Positions 14,305 through 16,408 of a stretch of 16,408 bases of DNA are shown here, piece after piece. The notes below the pieces were generated by a model. That model saw only the letters and a list, made by a program, of their open reading frames with translations, searched no databases and was not told the origin of the DNA. Each line of letters begins with the position of its first letter. The stretch's first letter is position 1. Origin of the DNA: a virus (taxonomy: Duplodnaviria; Heunggongvirae; Uroviricota; Caudoviricetes); IMG/VR virus record IMGVR_UViG_2617271072_000010, positions 1-16,408 of that record, one strand, 5' to 3'. The translations under genes were made by a program, and so were the position numbers.

Positions 14305-15489
14305 CCATGGCGGCAAGGCCACGTAAAAAAGAATACAGACATCTTCCTGATTATCTGATTTTTGATAAAGATCGAGGTGTTTATAAATTCACACTTATTA
14401 CTGGAAAGAAGAAAAATATAGGTAAGGATAGGGCAATAGCCATTGCAATCGCCAGAGAGTACAACCTGAGGATGAGAGCAGAATTATCTCCATCAGTAGA
14501 AAATCTTATTAGAGAATCTGGCGGTGTTATCGGAGAAGCAAAACCATTTGCTGAACATGTTGATCACATAATGACCCGGATTATCGAAGACGAACGTCCT
14601 TCCCAGAGCACCTTAGATGACTGGAAAAATGACGCTCTACGCGTAAAAGCGTTTTTTCGTAAATGTTCCGGCATGCGATATCGAACTTGAACACGTTAAT
14701 ACCTACATCAACAAATATCATGCCAGCGCATCCGCAAATGTGCAGAACAGAAAGGTCAGCTTTCTTAAAAAAGTTGTTCTCTTATGCGGTCGATGAATCA
14801 CTAATGCTGGATAACCCGGCCATCAGAAAAAAAATGCGTAGGACTGATGAGAAGAAAAAGACGGCGCCTGTCACTCGAGCATTTTATAGCTATCAGGCAG
14901 GCCGCTGCACCATGGTTAAGAACAGCAATGGACCTAGCATTGCAAACTACACATGCACGACTCGAAGTATCGCGAATCCGTTACTCAATTCGCGAACCTA
15001 AAGACGGTATATGTGGATGTGTCTGGTTCGAACAACCACAAAATGGCATATATGGGACGCTTTACATCCACAGGCAAAAAGTGCAAAAAAAAAGAGGCGT
15101 CACACGTTGCAATACCAATTGGTGAAGAGTTGAAACGGATAATTGACGATAGCCGAGATAATGTGGCTAGTCCGTTTGTCGTTCACAGAATCCCAGAACG
15201 CCAAGTTAAACGAAGCAAAGAGGTTTCACATCCGACACAAGTTGCACCAGACTATTTGAGTCGATCGTTTTCAGCAACGCGAGACAAGCTAGGTTTATGC
15301 GACAATCTACCGATGGATGAAAGACCAACCTTTCATGAAATCAGAGCTCTGGCAGCGCATCTTTTCGATCAGCAGGGTATCGATCCCCAAGGACGAATGG
15401 CACATAGCGACGCTCAGTCGACTAAGATTTACACTCAAAACCACATTAATTGGATTGTCGTTCCACACGGGGAAATCAAAACTGGTTAA
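14301..15489 (+). pseudogene. int: Lambda-family tyrosine integrase split over four frame segments
   Basis: The N-terminal arm-binding region and the C-terminal catalytic region (...PTFHEIRALAAHLF...AHSDAQSTKIY...) are recognisable and follow lambda Int in order, but the frame changes at T6 (14652-14657), A6 (14767-14772), A8 (14827-14834) and A9 (15085-15093). Confidence 0.8.
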
Positions 15490-15688
15490 AATTGCATTAA
15501 TTCAGATTTTATCCTTGCATTGCTATGGTACAGACCTAAACAAGCATGTGCCAAAAACAGGCTATTGTAGGGATACTCACATCTTTCAGGTATTATATTT
15601 TGCATAACCGAAAGTGAGGCAACAAACAGAAATGCCATGCTTTTAAACGCGATACTTCACAATAAGAGTTAAGGTAAAAGGAGCGATA

Positions 15689-16408
15689 ATGGAAGATTTA
15701 GTATGTAGTTGGTCACCGAAACTAATCGTTGAACTGATAAAAAGCATTGCATGGCCAGTTGTTGTTCTTATCATCGGATTCAGATTCCGAACTCGAATTT
15801 TTGAAGTTGTCAGTTCTTTTTTTTCTAAAAATACGCTATCAGAAATATCCGCGACTTTATCGGGTATATCGGCAAAATTCATAGCAGAGAAACAAACAGC
15901 AGAAGTATTAGAATCTTCAAATTCTAATTTGGCGAGCTTACAAAAGAATACGAGCATTGAAGCTATAAGAATACACCATGAACAATTTAAAACTGAATTC
16001 AGTGAAGAATTATATCAAATCATATTGAAACAAGCATCTGATCTAGATACTGACAATGAAATTAAAATTGATTTATTGGCACGAGAAATATCTCTTTTGC
16101 AAAGTGCTGTAAGATACTTTGAAATAAACAAGGTATTATTCCGCTCACAATATGACTTATTTTATACAATTGCTAGCAATGGTGGTTATATCCGCAAAGA
16201 AGATGCTATTCAGTTCTTTGAAAAAACAAAAAATCATAATAAAGAAGCTTTCGCGGATTGGGATTGGATCAAATATATTTCGTATCCAGTAAGCAATAAA
16301 CTCATTTATGAAAGTGATGCTGGTTACAAACTCACTACGATAGGAAGCTCATATGTAGCTTTTATGTCAAAGAACCCACAATTGATTGACGAGCTTGCTA
16401 AATTATAA
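15689..16408 (+). CDS. AT-rich hypothetical protein with an N-terminal TM anchor, 239 aa; cargo gene distal to the integrase
   Basis: Ideal RBS (AAGGAG, 5-nt spacer) before the ATG at 15689; hydrophobic segment LIVELIKSIAWPVVVLIIGF; stop codon is the last three bases of the window. No family recognised. Confidence 0.5.
   Translation: MEDLVCSWSPKLIVELIKSIAWPVVVLIIGFRFRTRIFEVVSSFFSKNTLSEISATLSGISAKFIAEKQTAEVLESSNSNLASLQKNTSIEAIRIHHEQFKTEFSEELYQIILKQASDLDTDNEIKIDLLAREISLLQSAVRYFEINKVLFRSQYDLFYTIASNGGYIRKEDAIQFFEKTKNHNKEAFADWDWIKYISYPVSNKLIYESDAGYKLTTIGSSYVAFMSKNPQLIDELAKL

Noticed and set aside
15317-15957. ORFs 15317-15607 (plus) and 15643-15957 (minus)
   Set aside because: The first is an alternative frame of the integrase 3' end and the intergenic region; the second is antisense to the well-supported gene at 15689-16408.

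Overview
This 16.4-kb window reads as a lambdoid prophage remnant of the E. coli/Shigella type, drawn in inverted orientation relative to the canonical lambda map. Most genes are on the minus strand. From right to left: an AT-rich cargo gene (15689-16408), a lambda-family tyrosine integrase split over four reading frames (14301-15489), excisionase, an early-left block (HD-domain YfdR-like, DUF551, small ORF), a GC-rich structured stretch with no credible ORF (12300-12900), a low-GC membrane protein beside the repressor, and a well-formed immunity region (frame-split CI repressor, palindromic operators, Cro-like and CII-like genes). Then come a replication initiator with in-gene iterons (gene split over three frames), a nin-like region (PerC-like, LexA-DNA-binding-domain protein with a premature TGA, RusA, KilA-N/KilAC, DUF968), the Q antiterminator, a 1.45-kb low-GC cargo insert, and an intact lysis cassette (two holin-like proteins, GH108 endolysin, overlapped spanins), followed by a Rha-family gene and an IS3 copy cut by the window edge. 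No head, tail or packaging genes are present in the window. The most interesting candidate is the low-GC insert between Q and the holin (the position stx occupies in Stx phages), which carries a gene with a PD-(D/E)xK-like nuclease motif that I could not assign to a family. Two other AT-rich membrane-protein genes sit at classical moron positions. At least five genes are broken by single-base frame changes, most at A/T homopolymer runs; this is either real prophage decay or homopolymer sequencing error, and raw reads would settle it. All family assignments are from reading the translations by eye; no database search was run.
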